A stretch of 64,000 nt of DNA, taken from NCBI GenBank assembly GCA_001179505.1, contig CDMY01000219.1:1-64000 (forward strand). Direction: 5' to 3'. The notes under the pieces were generated by a model. That model had not been told where the DNA came from and did no database searches. It saw only the letters and a program-made list of their open reading frames with translations. How positions within the stretch are numbered: the stretch's first letter is position 1; every line of letters starts with the position of its first letter. This DNA is from Vitrella brassicaformis CCMP3155 (taxonomy: Eukaryota; Protista; Chromerida). Made by a program: the position numbers and the translations under genes. Shown here piece after piece: positions 50,277-60,708 of the stretch.

Positions 50277-52048
50277 TCAGATGGTGAAGATCTCATCTTT
50301 GATTTGCATGTTTGCCTTGGCGTTCATTCTCAGGTCTTTGTCGAGGGCGTTGCAGAAGGCGTCGACTTTGGCGATGTCGGTGATGATGTACTCGCCAGCG
50401 TCGTCCTTGNNNNNNNNNNNNNNNNNNNNNNNNNNNNNNNNNNNNNNNNNNNNNNNNNNNNNNNNNNNNNNNNNNNNNNNNNNNNNNNNNNNNNNNNNNN
50501 NNNNNNNNNNNNNNNNNNNNNNNNNNNNNNNNNNNNNNNNNNNNNNNNNNNNNNNNNNNNNNNNNNNNNNNNNNNNNNNNNNNNNNNNNNNNNNNNNNNN
50601 NNNNNNNNNNNNNNNNNNNNNNNNNNNNNNNNNNNNNNNNNNNNNNNNNNNNNNNNNNNNNNNNNNNNNNNNNNNNNNNNNNNNNNNNNNNNNNNNNNNN
50701 NNNNNNNNNAAGGCGTCGACTTTGGCGATGTCGGTGATGATGTACTCGCCAGCGTCGTCCTTGCCGAGCTTGTCATCGGCGAGGCGCTTGACATCGGGAT
50801 CACTGATGGCGTAGGCGAGGGCGTGCTTGAGAATCGTTGCTGAGAAGTCGGTCTTGGTGTTGCAGTGGCGGTCGGCGGCATAGATGGCCACTGCGTACAG
50901 GCAGGGTAAGAGAAGACGAGGCTGTCATGGTTGAAGTGAGTGTGAGTCATGGTGTGCTTACGGTCGAATGGCTTGTACAGGTCAACGTATTTGCCTCGTT
51001 TCGTATACGCAAAGGTGGCAGCAAAGGAGTCGAGGTAAAGGGCGGCGTTGCGTGTCAGGCCGGTCACACACAGGGGATAGTCGAAGTCGTTGGCGTGGCT
51101 GGTTTTTGCTTGTCGTCGGGGTTCATGAAACGATGGTACGCGCAGCGAATCATCACCTGCAGACAGACAGGAGGGGGACGATAGACACATAATGGTGGTC
51201 GTGGTGTGCACAGGGGACCTGATTGCCGTTGGGGTCCTTGTTGTTCGGATTCTTCTAGTGGACGACCACCTCACCCTCACAGCCATGACTGTCGCAGTTC
51301 ATGAGCAGCGACGGCCAAGCTTCGGAGGCCTTTGTGACGACGTGTGGGCCCTCAAACTGGTAACACACACAAGCATAATCACGTTTGAGGTATGTATGTA
51401 TGTTGTGTGTGTGTGTGTGTGTTCTTTTGCGGACCAGATCCTTGCGTAGCTTGTGGATGGTGAGGGATTCTGTCTTGGGAAGGGCGTCCACTAGAATAAC
51501 ACAGTGGTCTCTGCCGTCGTCGTCGAAGTTGGTGCCTCGAAGGTTCGCCTTGCCGCAGATGATTTTGGTGACAACATTGTTGACGATTTTGGTCTTGTTG
51601 GTGCTGTGCGGGTCAAAGAGGAGCACGGGGCCGGTGATGACCTCCAGCGGCACATCAGGGCAGCACCAGAACGCATCAGGGCCTTTGGCTTTTTGGGCGA
51701 GCTTGGCGGCGTACAGGATGGCTGCATCCGTCATCTTCACAGGTAACAGGGGTGGATGTGTGTGTGTGTGTGTGTGTGTCTCTGCAGGCTTACCGACGTG
51801 CGGGCGACCTCGTTCGGGATGGGCTTGATGTCGGTGGCCAGGGCATTGTTGGTGAAGAAGGTCTTGCTGAGGCAGCCTTGGTACCAGTGCTTCGTGCAGT
51901 ATTCGGTATTGTGCTGCCCCTGGCAGTAATCACAGCCACCATTGCGATAGTACCAGTTGCTCTTTTTTCCGTGCGAGTCGCGGTCGACAGGAGTGCCATC
52001 GTTGAGGCGCTGGTGCTTGGATGAGGGTGTGCAGCCGCGGGTCGTCAT
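50277..52048 (-). pseudogene. Zinc-knuckle plus degenerate SF3-helicase-like protein; premature stop and probable frameshift
   Basis: Exon 1 (52048-51794) has CDYCQGQHNTEYC (CX2CX3HX4C). Exons 2-3 read VLLFDPHSTNKT...VILVDAL...FEGPHVVTK...PSLLMNCD. There is an in-frame TAG at 51255-51257 inside an apparent exon. The last exon ends at 50277. Confidence 0.5.
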
Positions 52049-52361
52049 GAGACTTGGTGTGGGAGAGAGGAAGGAGGCACTTGTTAAGACAGCTGACAGC
52101 CGGAAGAATGAATGGATGGATGGATGGTTGGATGGATGGATGGAGTGATTCGTGTTGATGAGAGTAGACAGGAGACAGGTAGACAGGCGAGACGAGCGGA
52201 GAGGAGAGGAGAGAAGAGGAGAGAAGAGAAGAGAGAAGAGGGAGATATAGGAGATCGACGAGAGAGACAGATGTCTCCTGTCTTTCTGAGTGGTATTTGC
52301 GATGGATTGTGGACCTCCTTGATTTGTCGTTGCTGAACCTTGACGGTTGTCAGTAAGAAAC

Positions 52362-53687
52362 ATGTCAAACGTATCATTATCGGCGTCTGCGTGGGTGAGT
52401 GAAAGGCGACGGCGATGGCTCAAGCAGCTCGTTGTTTTGTGCGTTGTGATGGTGGTGCTGTTTGGATGCGTCCTGCCTGGCTGCCGGTTCGCTGTTGTCG
52501 CGGTGATGTGGTTATTCTACGGCGCAACGTGCGGGCTTTTCGGACTGCCGGTGGCAATCCATGCGATGAACAACCCAGATGAAGCATTACACGTCATCGC
52601 AGTGGCGGCATTGTCTCTCTCATTCGCAGTCCTCTTCGGTGTGTCCATCTTCATGAACAGGCTGTCCCGCATTCCCACCCATGCATTGCTCATGAGGCTG
52701 GAAACGGCCCTCCCATCAAGCATCACACGGTGGCGCATCAGACGCCAGCAAGCTGCTCTGCAACATCGGCAGCCGTCCGTCGGCCGCGAGAGCAGAAGGA
52801 GGCCTGGGAAGCACCGAAAGAAGAACATGAAGCGGCAGGTACGACGGCGCCCTGCACACACGGACAGCCAGAGAGACAGATGCATTCCGCAGACGAACGC
52901 AATGAGGTGTGGCTGGCTCCCATGTGCAGGCGAAGATGGAGGAAGAGCTGCAGCGGCTGCTGGAGGCGTACGCCGAGCAACTGGACAGTCAGGAAGAGAG
53001 GCAAGCGCGGATCGATCAGCTGAAGCAAGCCATCAGGCTGATAAGGCGGGTGATCCGTGGTGTGGCCTTGATTGCGATAAACCCGTTCATTTTCTTCATT
53101 CTCATCGTGTGGCTGTTGCCGTCAATTCATGCGCAGAGTATGGGTAAGCAAACCTGCATACACACACACACACACACACNNNNNNNNNNNNNNNNNNNNN
53201 NNNNNNNNNNNNNNNNNNNNNNNNNNNNNNNNNNNNNNNNNNNNNNNNNNNNNNNNNNNNNNNNNNNNNNNNNNNNNNNNNNNNNNNNNNNNNNNNNNNN
53301 NNNNNNNNNNNNNNNNNNNNNNNNNNNNNNNNNNNNNNNNNNNNNNNNNNNNNNNNNNNNNNNNNNNNNNNNNNNNNNNNNNNNNNNNNNNNNNNNNNNN
53401 NNNNNNNNNNNNNNNNNNNNNNNNNNNNNNNNNNNNNNNNNNNNNNNNNNNNNNNNNNNNNNNNNNNNNNNNNNNNNNNTTGCCGTCAATTCATGCGCAG
53501 AGTATGGGTAAGCAAACCTGCATACACACACACACACACACACGTACAGACAGGAGCAGTGATTGTATCTGCTAATGGTGTGGTCCATGTGTGTGTCCCG
53601 TCAGGGTGTCTCTCCGTCACGACGTCACCGTCCGTTGACTGTGGGTCGCGCTTGATGCTGTGCGGCGACATTGAGCCGAATCCTGGC
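52362..53687 (+). CDS. Multi-pass membrane protein (about 258 aa) ending in a 2A-like StopGo motif, in frame with the downstream Helitron Rep
   Basis: Exons 52362-52838, 52930-53143 and 53605 onward join in frame (phase 0, then phase 1). There are three N-terminal hydrophobic segments, a coiled coil, a fourth hydrophobic segment, then LMLCGDIEPNPG/P at 53652-53690. Confidence 0.65.
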
Positions 53688-55832
53688 CCGATGCACCCGA
53701 CCTTCGCACCTCACTCGCCGCTGTCATGGCCGCCAGGTGCCCTCCCGCCGCCACCGCCCAGGCCATTGCAATATGGCGGGCAGCACGCAGCAGGGCATCA
53801 ATCCTGCTACGGGCCTCCAATGCCGCCACCGCCAGCAGCTGCCAGCGTCCAGCAAGGGACTGCGGTCTGTGATGACGCAGCGAGAGCGCAGGCCCAGTAC
53901 GCGAAGAGGCTCGCCAACAAGAGGCTCGCCAACAAGCGGAAGAATACAGACGTCGACGCGGCGCGCATGCGTGACAAACGGCGCAAGGATGCCGGAAAAG
54001 AGAGGGCGACGCGCGTCACGCGTGTGGAGAGGCGAGCGTCGATGGAGGCGGCCTTCGTGGACATGTTCCCGTACGGCCACTTGCCGAGCCTTGCAGTGGA
54101 CCAGGAGCTGGCCGATGAGGATGAAGAAGGATTGTGGGACAGCATGTACATGCGCGTCCACCAAAACATGACCGACTGCCGTGCGGCGCTCGACGTGGTG
54201 GTCCATCGCAGAAAGGCGTGTGCTGTTTGCGGCATCAACTGGCGCGTGGGGCAGCAGGGGAGGCCGGGTGAGGGAAAGAATGAATGTGCTGGTGATGACG
54301 GCGGGCGTGGCCAGATAGTGTTCGCCCCTGAGGGACAAGAGATGCCGGTCTCAGAGTTCAAACAGCTGGCTGCGAAGATCAAGATGCCTACCTGTGGATT
54401 GTTCGATGCGAGCACCATGAGCAAGCCAGAGCTCCGACACACATCCGCGAGTGCAACACTGTTTTCAAGACGGCTGACGTCCCGCTCGCATCTGCGGCAT
54501 TCAACCAGCAGACACAGCAAGTGGGGTGCTGCTTCGAGTGCCTGAAGGCGTTGAAGCCTACCTCGGGGACGGGGAAAACGCCCAAGTATGCACTGGCGAA
54601 TCACATGTGGACGGGTCCATTGCCGCCAGAGTTTCAAGACCTGACGCTTGCTGAGGAGATGCTGTGCGCCAAGTACTCGCAAGTCCATCACATCTATCGC
54701 GTAAGCCCCCTGTGGTACACAGCCGAAGAGGAGCGGCAGTTCGCGATGAGGGGGCATGTGATGTCCTACCCGCAAGACGTCTTCAACATCGTGTCGTCGT
54801 TGCCTCGGCCAGTGAGCAGCCTGTCGCAGATCGTCCGTGTGACCTACATTCGCCCACACAAATTGCAGAAAGACGGGAGTGCTGAGTCGATTCGGGGCGT
54901 CTTGCAGAAGCAGAAGTACCTTGAGGTGCGTGCAGAGAAGGTGCGGGCATTCATTCTGTGGCTGAAGGAGAACAATCCACTGTACAAGGACATCGAGCTT
55001 GACGAGGAGGCATTGCAAGGATTGCCGAGCTGCGGCGTGCCGGCGGAGCTCATCGATGCTGCCGAAGAGTCCGATATGGTTGCTGAGCACAGCGCAGAGT
55101 CAGCCGGCATAGACAACTCGAGGCGCGTCGAGCCTAGTGAGGCACACAGACACACTGAGAGAAGCACGTGTGCTTAGGTCTTGCATCATGTGTTGTTTTC
55201 GCCAGCTGCCGTGGATCATGTGATGGCGGCAGAGACGTCGGGTTTCGCCACGGTGTCGAACACGTCCCTAACAGCCTCGAAGATGCAGGCGAACGCTGTT
55301 GCTGCTCTTCTTCGCGAGAAGACGGAAGCGCCTGCACACAGGGTAATCGAGGAAGCCGGGCTGATCTCATCAAATGCTGTAGCATCCCTGGGCTTGGCTG
55401 CGGATGTGCGTACCTTCAATGGGTCTCAAATCGATGTTGCCGGCCAGCTGGAGGTCATCGCGGCCAACGCTGGAGACCCAGTGACTGGCGAGCATGCAAG
55501 GATGGTCAAGGCGGCTGTGGACTTAGTAAACAGTGCGATTCGCGCTGTGTCTGAGCTGATAGACGCTGCTAGGAGGGATGGCGTGGCTGACGGGTCAGTC
55601 GAGGCAACAATGGCGTGCATCCGAGCAGCCACCACAGCATGCCGGCAGCGCGCGGAAGAGCTTGAGCGCTCAGAGTCTCAAGGCAAGGGTGCGCATATGA
55701 CTGCGAAGCAGTGCCTCATCACAGTCATCACGCAGCTCGCCGATCGATGCTTGGACTGTCAGCGGTTCGCCCGTCTTGTGCAGCTAGAGGTGGACCACAG
55801 CCGCTTCAGCGAGCACGCAAAAGAGCGGTCCG

Positions 55833-56046
55833 GCAGCACCAGAGCGGCAGCCGCGCCAGATGAGTTGCTGGACGAAGAGGAGATCGATTACGACGCTTTG
55901 TTGGGGCATGGCGATGGCCACAATGACGACTGCGAGGCGGCAGCACCAGAGCGGCAGCCGCGCCAGATGAGTTGCCGGACGAAGAGGAGATCGATTACGA
56001 CGCTTTGTTGGGGCATGGCGATGGCCACAATGACGACTGCGAGGCG
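55833..56046. repeat. 107-bp tandem duplication (2 copies, 1 mismatch) that frameshifts the Helitron ORF
   Basis: gcagcaccagagcggcagcc...gactgcgaggcg occurs at 55833-55939 and 55940-56046. Confidence 0.95.
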
Positions 56047-57191
56047 CAGGGTGCTTGTAGGGATGCTGATAGCGACGTGGCAGGACGTGACGACGCTGCA
56101 GAGGGTGATGCAGAGCCTGAGGAGCAGGATGCCACGGCAACGACAGACGAGTGCATAGTTCAGGCACCAGTACGGCAGTCAAAGCAAGCTCACCAGTGCG
56201 CTGCGGTCGGCGGTGTGGTGTACGTGATGCATCGCGAATGGGAAGTCCCTATCAGTGACATCAAGAATCCAATGTATCTCGCTGGCAATTTCCCTACGCT
56301 CTTTCCGCACCTTCAAGTAAGCACTAGAAGCATTCCCGCGACAGCAGCACATTCACTTGAGTGGATCATTAGCGTTGTGTCCTTGTGCGTACTTTGCAGG
56401 TTTGTGTGCTTTGACATGCTGCAGCGCCGCATGGCCAACCAAGCAAGATGCACGCTGGTATCGAATCGGGGCTTTGCGCGGTCAGCCGAAGAGATTATGC
56501 AGCACGACGTCAGCATGTGGAGAGATTACTTGGCGGCACTGAAGGATGAGAACCCTGCAAAAGCGACCAAGGACAGGAATGTGAATGCGTTGCTGCGGGA
56601 AGTGAAGGTGCTTGGCAAACACATACCTGGTTCGTATGGCTCCAAGTCTCGAATGCGGCAAGAGATTCAGAAGGGCCTCATGTACAATTTCGGCCTCCCA
56701 ACACTCTTCATCACGTTGAATCCCAATGATCTCAAGCATCCTCTTTTACTGGTGACGGCAGGCGAAGGGACTGACAAGGTACAGTATGGGATAGAGTCGT
56801 CGGTGTCCAAGGAGCTGCAGAGGAAATTCGCGTCCACAGTGGCGTCCGATCCGATCGCAGCCGCGCTCTTCTTCGACGCGCTCATCAACGCNNNNNNNNN
56901 NNNNNNNNNNNNNNNNNNNNNNNNNNNNNNNNNNNNNNNNNNNNNNNNNNNNNNNNNNNNNNNNNNNNNNNNNNNNNNNNNNNNNNNNNNNNNNNNNNNN
57001 NNNNNNNNNNNNNNNNNNNNNNNNNNNNNNNNNNNNNNNNNNNNNNNNNNNNNNNNNNNNNNNNNNNNNNNNNNNNNNNNNNNNNNNNNNNNNNNNNNNN
57101 NNNNNNNNNNNNNNNNNNNNNNNNNNNNNNNNNNNNNNNNNNNNNNNNNNNNNNNNNNNNNNNNNNNNNNNNNNNNNNNNNNNNNNNNNNN

Positions 57192-57781
57192 CCGCAGGCG
57201 TAGACGAACATCGCCATCGAATCGCCCTGTGTGACGCCTTCACAGCTCCACAGACAGCCGGCTGAGCCTTGCAGATGAGGTGCAGCGAACCCTCGGTAGG
57301 TGTTGAACACATAGCGAGAGCAGCGGGGCTACAGTACGCGGGTGTTCCAGATGGCAGCAGGCCGACTGATTCGATTGAAGGCGTTGCTCGCGTTCACCAG
57401 CAGGAGCCCCTCGGTCTCGTCCTCTTGGAAGAGGTCATTCACGGCGTGCACAGCCCCCTCGAGGCCCCCCTTCACACCGATGCACAGCTGATCAGTGCCG
57501 CAGGTCGTCTTCAGGTCAGAGCGGGTCACCATGGCCATGCACTTGCCAGCCAGCCGAGAGAGCACCTCTCCGACGCCGATGGGGCGGACGCCAGGGCATT
57601 TGTCGAGAGCGATGATACGGCACGCTCGCAGGGCCTTGATGTTGTCCCATGGGACGATGGTGTTGGTCAGGGTAGAGACGAGCGAGGCCACAGCCGCGCG
57701 GAGGCGGTCGCTCTTGGCATCGTATCGAAAGAGGAAGGTCTGCCAGAAGTTCGCATCGCCACCGGTCGGTCCAGCGCTCTC
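57192..57781 (-). mobile_element. Degenerate CRE-clade non-LTR retrotransposon RT fragment within the Helitron Rep region
   Basis: SAGPTGGDANFW, IIALDKCPGVRPIGVGEVLSRL, QLCIGVKGGLEGAVHA, LLVNASNAFN (catalytic D to N), in-frame stop at 57329-57331, EGVTQGDSMAM. Confidence 0.88.
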
Positions 57782-58560
57782 ATTCGCGTCCACAGTGGCG
57801 TCCGATCCGGTCGCAGCCGCGCTTTTCTTCGACGCGCTGGTCAACGCATTTCTCACATACCTCCTGGGTCAGCCGTCGGACCCCGAGCCCGGCTTGTTCG
57901 GCCTCTGCGATGCCTACTATGGTGTTGTCGAGGCGCAAAATCGTGGATCGCTGCATTTGCACATGCTGGTGTGGCTTCACGAGGCGATGTCGTCGTCAGT
58001 GCTGAAGGGGCGGCTGCTGGACGACCGCTTCAGAGCCCGGATGGAGAAGTACTTGGACTGGATCATCATGGAGGACTTGACGCGGCTGGAGGAAGGGTGC
58101 AACACTGCAGGTAAAGAGCCCCAGACAGACGAACAGAACAGAACATGTGGACAGTGCGTGTGTCTGTCATGTTGTGTGTGTGATGATGTGGGTAGGACCT
58201 ATCAGCGCGTCCGTGCATTGGTCGAAGAGGATGGCACCCAACTGGGGAAGCCGAAACATGACGACAAGTTCACACACATAATCCGTACACATCCATACAC
58301 ATGGATCACCGCATATGTGTGCATGCGCATACCTCTACTTTGAGATTGTGACTGCTGGTCGTTTCGTCGTCATCGCTGTCATCGATGTCTATGTGAATGA
58401 TGACAGTGCAGAGTGATCATTTCACCTGTCATGGATTGCAGATCTGTCTTCATGTTACCTGACGATGCATCTTATGGACATCGCCAGTATGTGACTTCTT
58501 TGTCTCATTGAAGTGAAAGCACTCTGGCTCTGGGGCTTACCGCCCAGCTGATCCGGTTAT

Positions 58561-58842
58561 TCAGCTGATACTCGGCAAGGTCCTCACCGGCCTTTCCACA
58601 AACATACAATGCATGCACTGTGACTCGTGTGTGTTTTCATTGTATGATTGCTTTGCCAGTCGTGCAATTTTTGTGGGTCTGCATCCGCTGCTGCTTTCTC
58701 CTGTATGAAACTCAAGACGAACACTCGTCGCTCCGCATTTGCCGAAAGATCTCATGGAAGTCGAGTGTCTGTCAGTGATTGTAGGAATGGCCTGGTAGTA
58801 TGCAGGACTTCTTAGTGTCTCGCTGTGAATCATATAAATTGC
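58561..58842 (-). pseudogene. GIY-YIG-like nuclease relic 1
   Basis: AIYMIHSETLRSPAYYQAIPTITDR has AIY-x11-YYQ-x7-R spacing like GIY-YIG nucleases. A stop codon lies immediately upstream. Shares a ~55-nt block with 61010-61078. Confidence 0.4.
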
Positions 58843-59051
58843 TCAGCGTTGCATCACTTTTGCGTGAAATGCAATGTGTGGAAGCGAGGGAGCCATCAAG
58901 TTGACTTGAGTTGATGGGGACACTAATGGATGTCTGATGTCCTTGGAGAAGATAAAGGCCTCGTACTTAGATATCACACTTGTACCATGAGTCGACCAAC
59001 AAGTTCACCGACATAAAAGACATCCATGTTCGTTCACTCACTATGCCATCC

Positions 59052-59081
59052 GATAGTAGTGTTCTGTAATACACTACTATC
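59052..59081. other. Perfect 11-bp hairpin (8-nt loop)
   Basis: gatagtagtgt-tctgtaat-acactactatc. Confidence 0.9.
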
Positions 59082-59082
59082 A

Positions 59083-59241
59083 TTAGTCGAAGTACGGGCC
59101 GATTTGCATACTCCAGAGTTTATCCAGCTTGTACATGTCCGTCAAAAGCTCAGTCCCTGGCGCTATCATGCCCGCGTAGTCCTTTGGCACCATAAACGTG
59201 ACCTCCTCTCGCTTGTCTATCGCCCTCGCGCGTGCGACTAG
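59083..59241 (-). CDS. Probable terminal exon of an orphan gene (rest in the gap), ending at a hairpin
   Basis: AG acceptor at 59243-59242, then 52 codons LVARARAIDKREEV...QIGPYFD followed by TAA TGA TAG TAG. Confidence 0.4.
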   Translation of the reverse strand, partial: LVARARAIDKREEVTFMVPKDYAGMIAPGTELLTDMYKLDKLWSMQIGPYFD

Positions 59242-59998
59242 CTACTGTCTGCGTGGGGGAGGGAGGGGNNNNNNNNNNNNNNNNNNNNNNNNNNNNNNNN
59301 NNNNNNNNNNNNNNNNNNNNNNNNNNNNNNNNNNNNNNNNNNNNNNNNNNNNNNNNNNNNNNNNNNNNNNNNNNNNNNNNNNNNNNNNNNNNNNNNNNNN
59401 NNNNNNNNNNNNNNNNNNNNNNNNNNNNNNNNNNNNNNNNNNNNNNNNNNNNNNNNNNNNNNNNNNNNNNNNNNNNNNNNNNNNNNNNNNNNNNNNNNNN
59501 NNNNNNNNNNNNNNNNNNNNNNNNNNNNNNNNNNNNNNNNNNNNNNNNNNNNNNNNNNNNNNNNNNNNGGCTGGGATGTGCTGATGGGGCGGGGGTGGAT
59601 TCCTCCTCCCCTTGAGCCTGTTTGGCTCTGCGTGCTCATGGGACTGTACTTATATGAGTGTCACGGACACACAGACTAGTGTTACGGATAATGCAAGTTG
59701 TCTCCTGTAAACGTGACCTCTGAATGAAAAGGATCGTCCTTATAGAAAGCTTCTCGAAGAGCGTCAAAACGTTTGTCGTCCGGTATGTGTGTGCACGGGG
59801 TTAACGGAAAGCGCATCGGCACGAGGAGTTCATCAAGAATGCAAACTAAGAACTAGCTAGCTGCCCCTTCAATTCAATCACTGCAAGCATGCCAAAGGTA
59901 AGCCTCTGCCCGACCCCACTGAGTCCGAGTCCGTCATAGAGTGTGTGTGTGTCATAGATCATCAATCCTTGACATGTAGAGTGCACATAAGTGATGCC

Positions 59999-60416
59999 CC
60001 CGGGGAAGTGGCCGTTAGCGTACGAGACGCCAAGTTCAAACGACGACGCACAAAGGGCGGGATAATCGGCACGGAATAGCGCTGAGCTCTTGGGCTGGTG
60101 GGAGATGTCGTGCAGGTGATGCTCGGCAATGGTGGGTGCGGAAATGATGCTCCCGGGGAAGTGGCCGTCAGCGTACGAGACGCCAAGTTCAAACGACGAC
60201 GTACAAAGGGCGGGATAGTCGGCACGGAATAGCGCTGAGCTCTTGGGCTGGTGGGAGATGTCGTGCAGGTGATGCTCGGCAATGGTGGGTGCGGAAATGA
60301 TGCTCCCGGGGAAGTGGCCGTCAGCGTACGAGACGCCAAGTTCAAACGACGACGCACAAAGGGCGGGATAGTCGGCACGGAATAGCGCTGAGCTCTTGGG
60401 CTGGTGGGAGATGTCG
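59999..60416. repeat. 153-bp tandem repeat, about 2.7 copies
   Basis: ggggaagtggccg starts at 60002, 60155 and 60308. Copies differ at only a few positions. Confidence 0.95.
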
Positions 60417-60708
60417 GCAACAGCGACTTGGCACACGGCTGCATTCAGGTGGTTCGGCTCGGTTGAGAAGGGGACGAAGCGGGTGGCGCATGCGAGCAGC
60501 AAGAGAAAGAGGACGATTGGACGCACAGGGACTGCTGATTCCTGTTGCATGGGCAACTCAGGTCCAGCGCGGCCGACGTAGGATGGCTGCATTGTTCATT
60601 TCCGAGAGAGGAAAGGCGACCCGCACATCGGTGGGGAGCTCGCGATGAGGTGGGCGTGATGGTGGCGCTTGCGTTGCCCACTACAGGCAACGTGAGGAGA
60701 AATCCTCC

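Larger units (their letters stand above)
53605..58110 (+). mobile_element. Decayed Helitron (Helitron2/Helentron-like) Rep coding region; helicase portion absent
   Basis: CAVC...CFEC zinc finger; DUF6570-like YALANHMWTG..LTLAEE..MRGHVMSYPQ..WLKENNPLYKDI; FPTLFP; Helitron_like_N EIQKGLMYNFGLPTLFITLNPND; Rep HUH motif YYGVVEAQNRGSLHLHMLVWL (57914-57976). Disrupted by a 2-nt slippage, a 107-bp duplication, a gap and a retrotransposon fragment. Confidence 0.88.

Noticed and set aside
50357-50763. Identical ~53-bp sequence on both sides of the 300-N gap
   Set aside because: Exact overlap of contig ends across a fixed-size gap points to an unmerged-contig assembly artefact, not a biological repeat.
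53116-53540. Identical ~60-bp sequence on both sides of the gap, ending in (CA)n
   Set aside because: Same artefact: the assembly broke at a microsatellite. Treated as a single exon-intron boundary.
59041-59095. The 11-bp hairpin as a canonical Helitron1 3' terminus
   Set aside because: No CTRR at the expected distance on either strand. Kept only as a hairpin observation.
59820-59860. Possible hairpin at the stop of ORF 59846-60592
   Set aside because: Only a short ctagctag palindrome is present and no stem includes the stop, so this ORF does not follow the stop-hairpin pattern.
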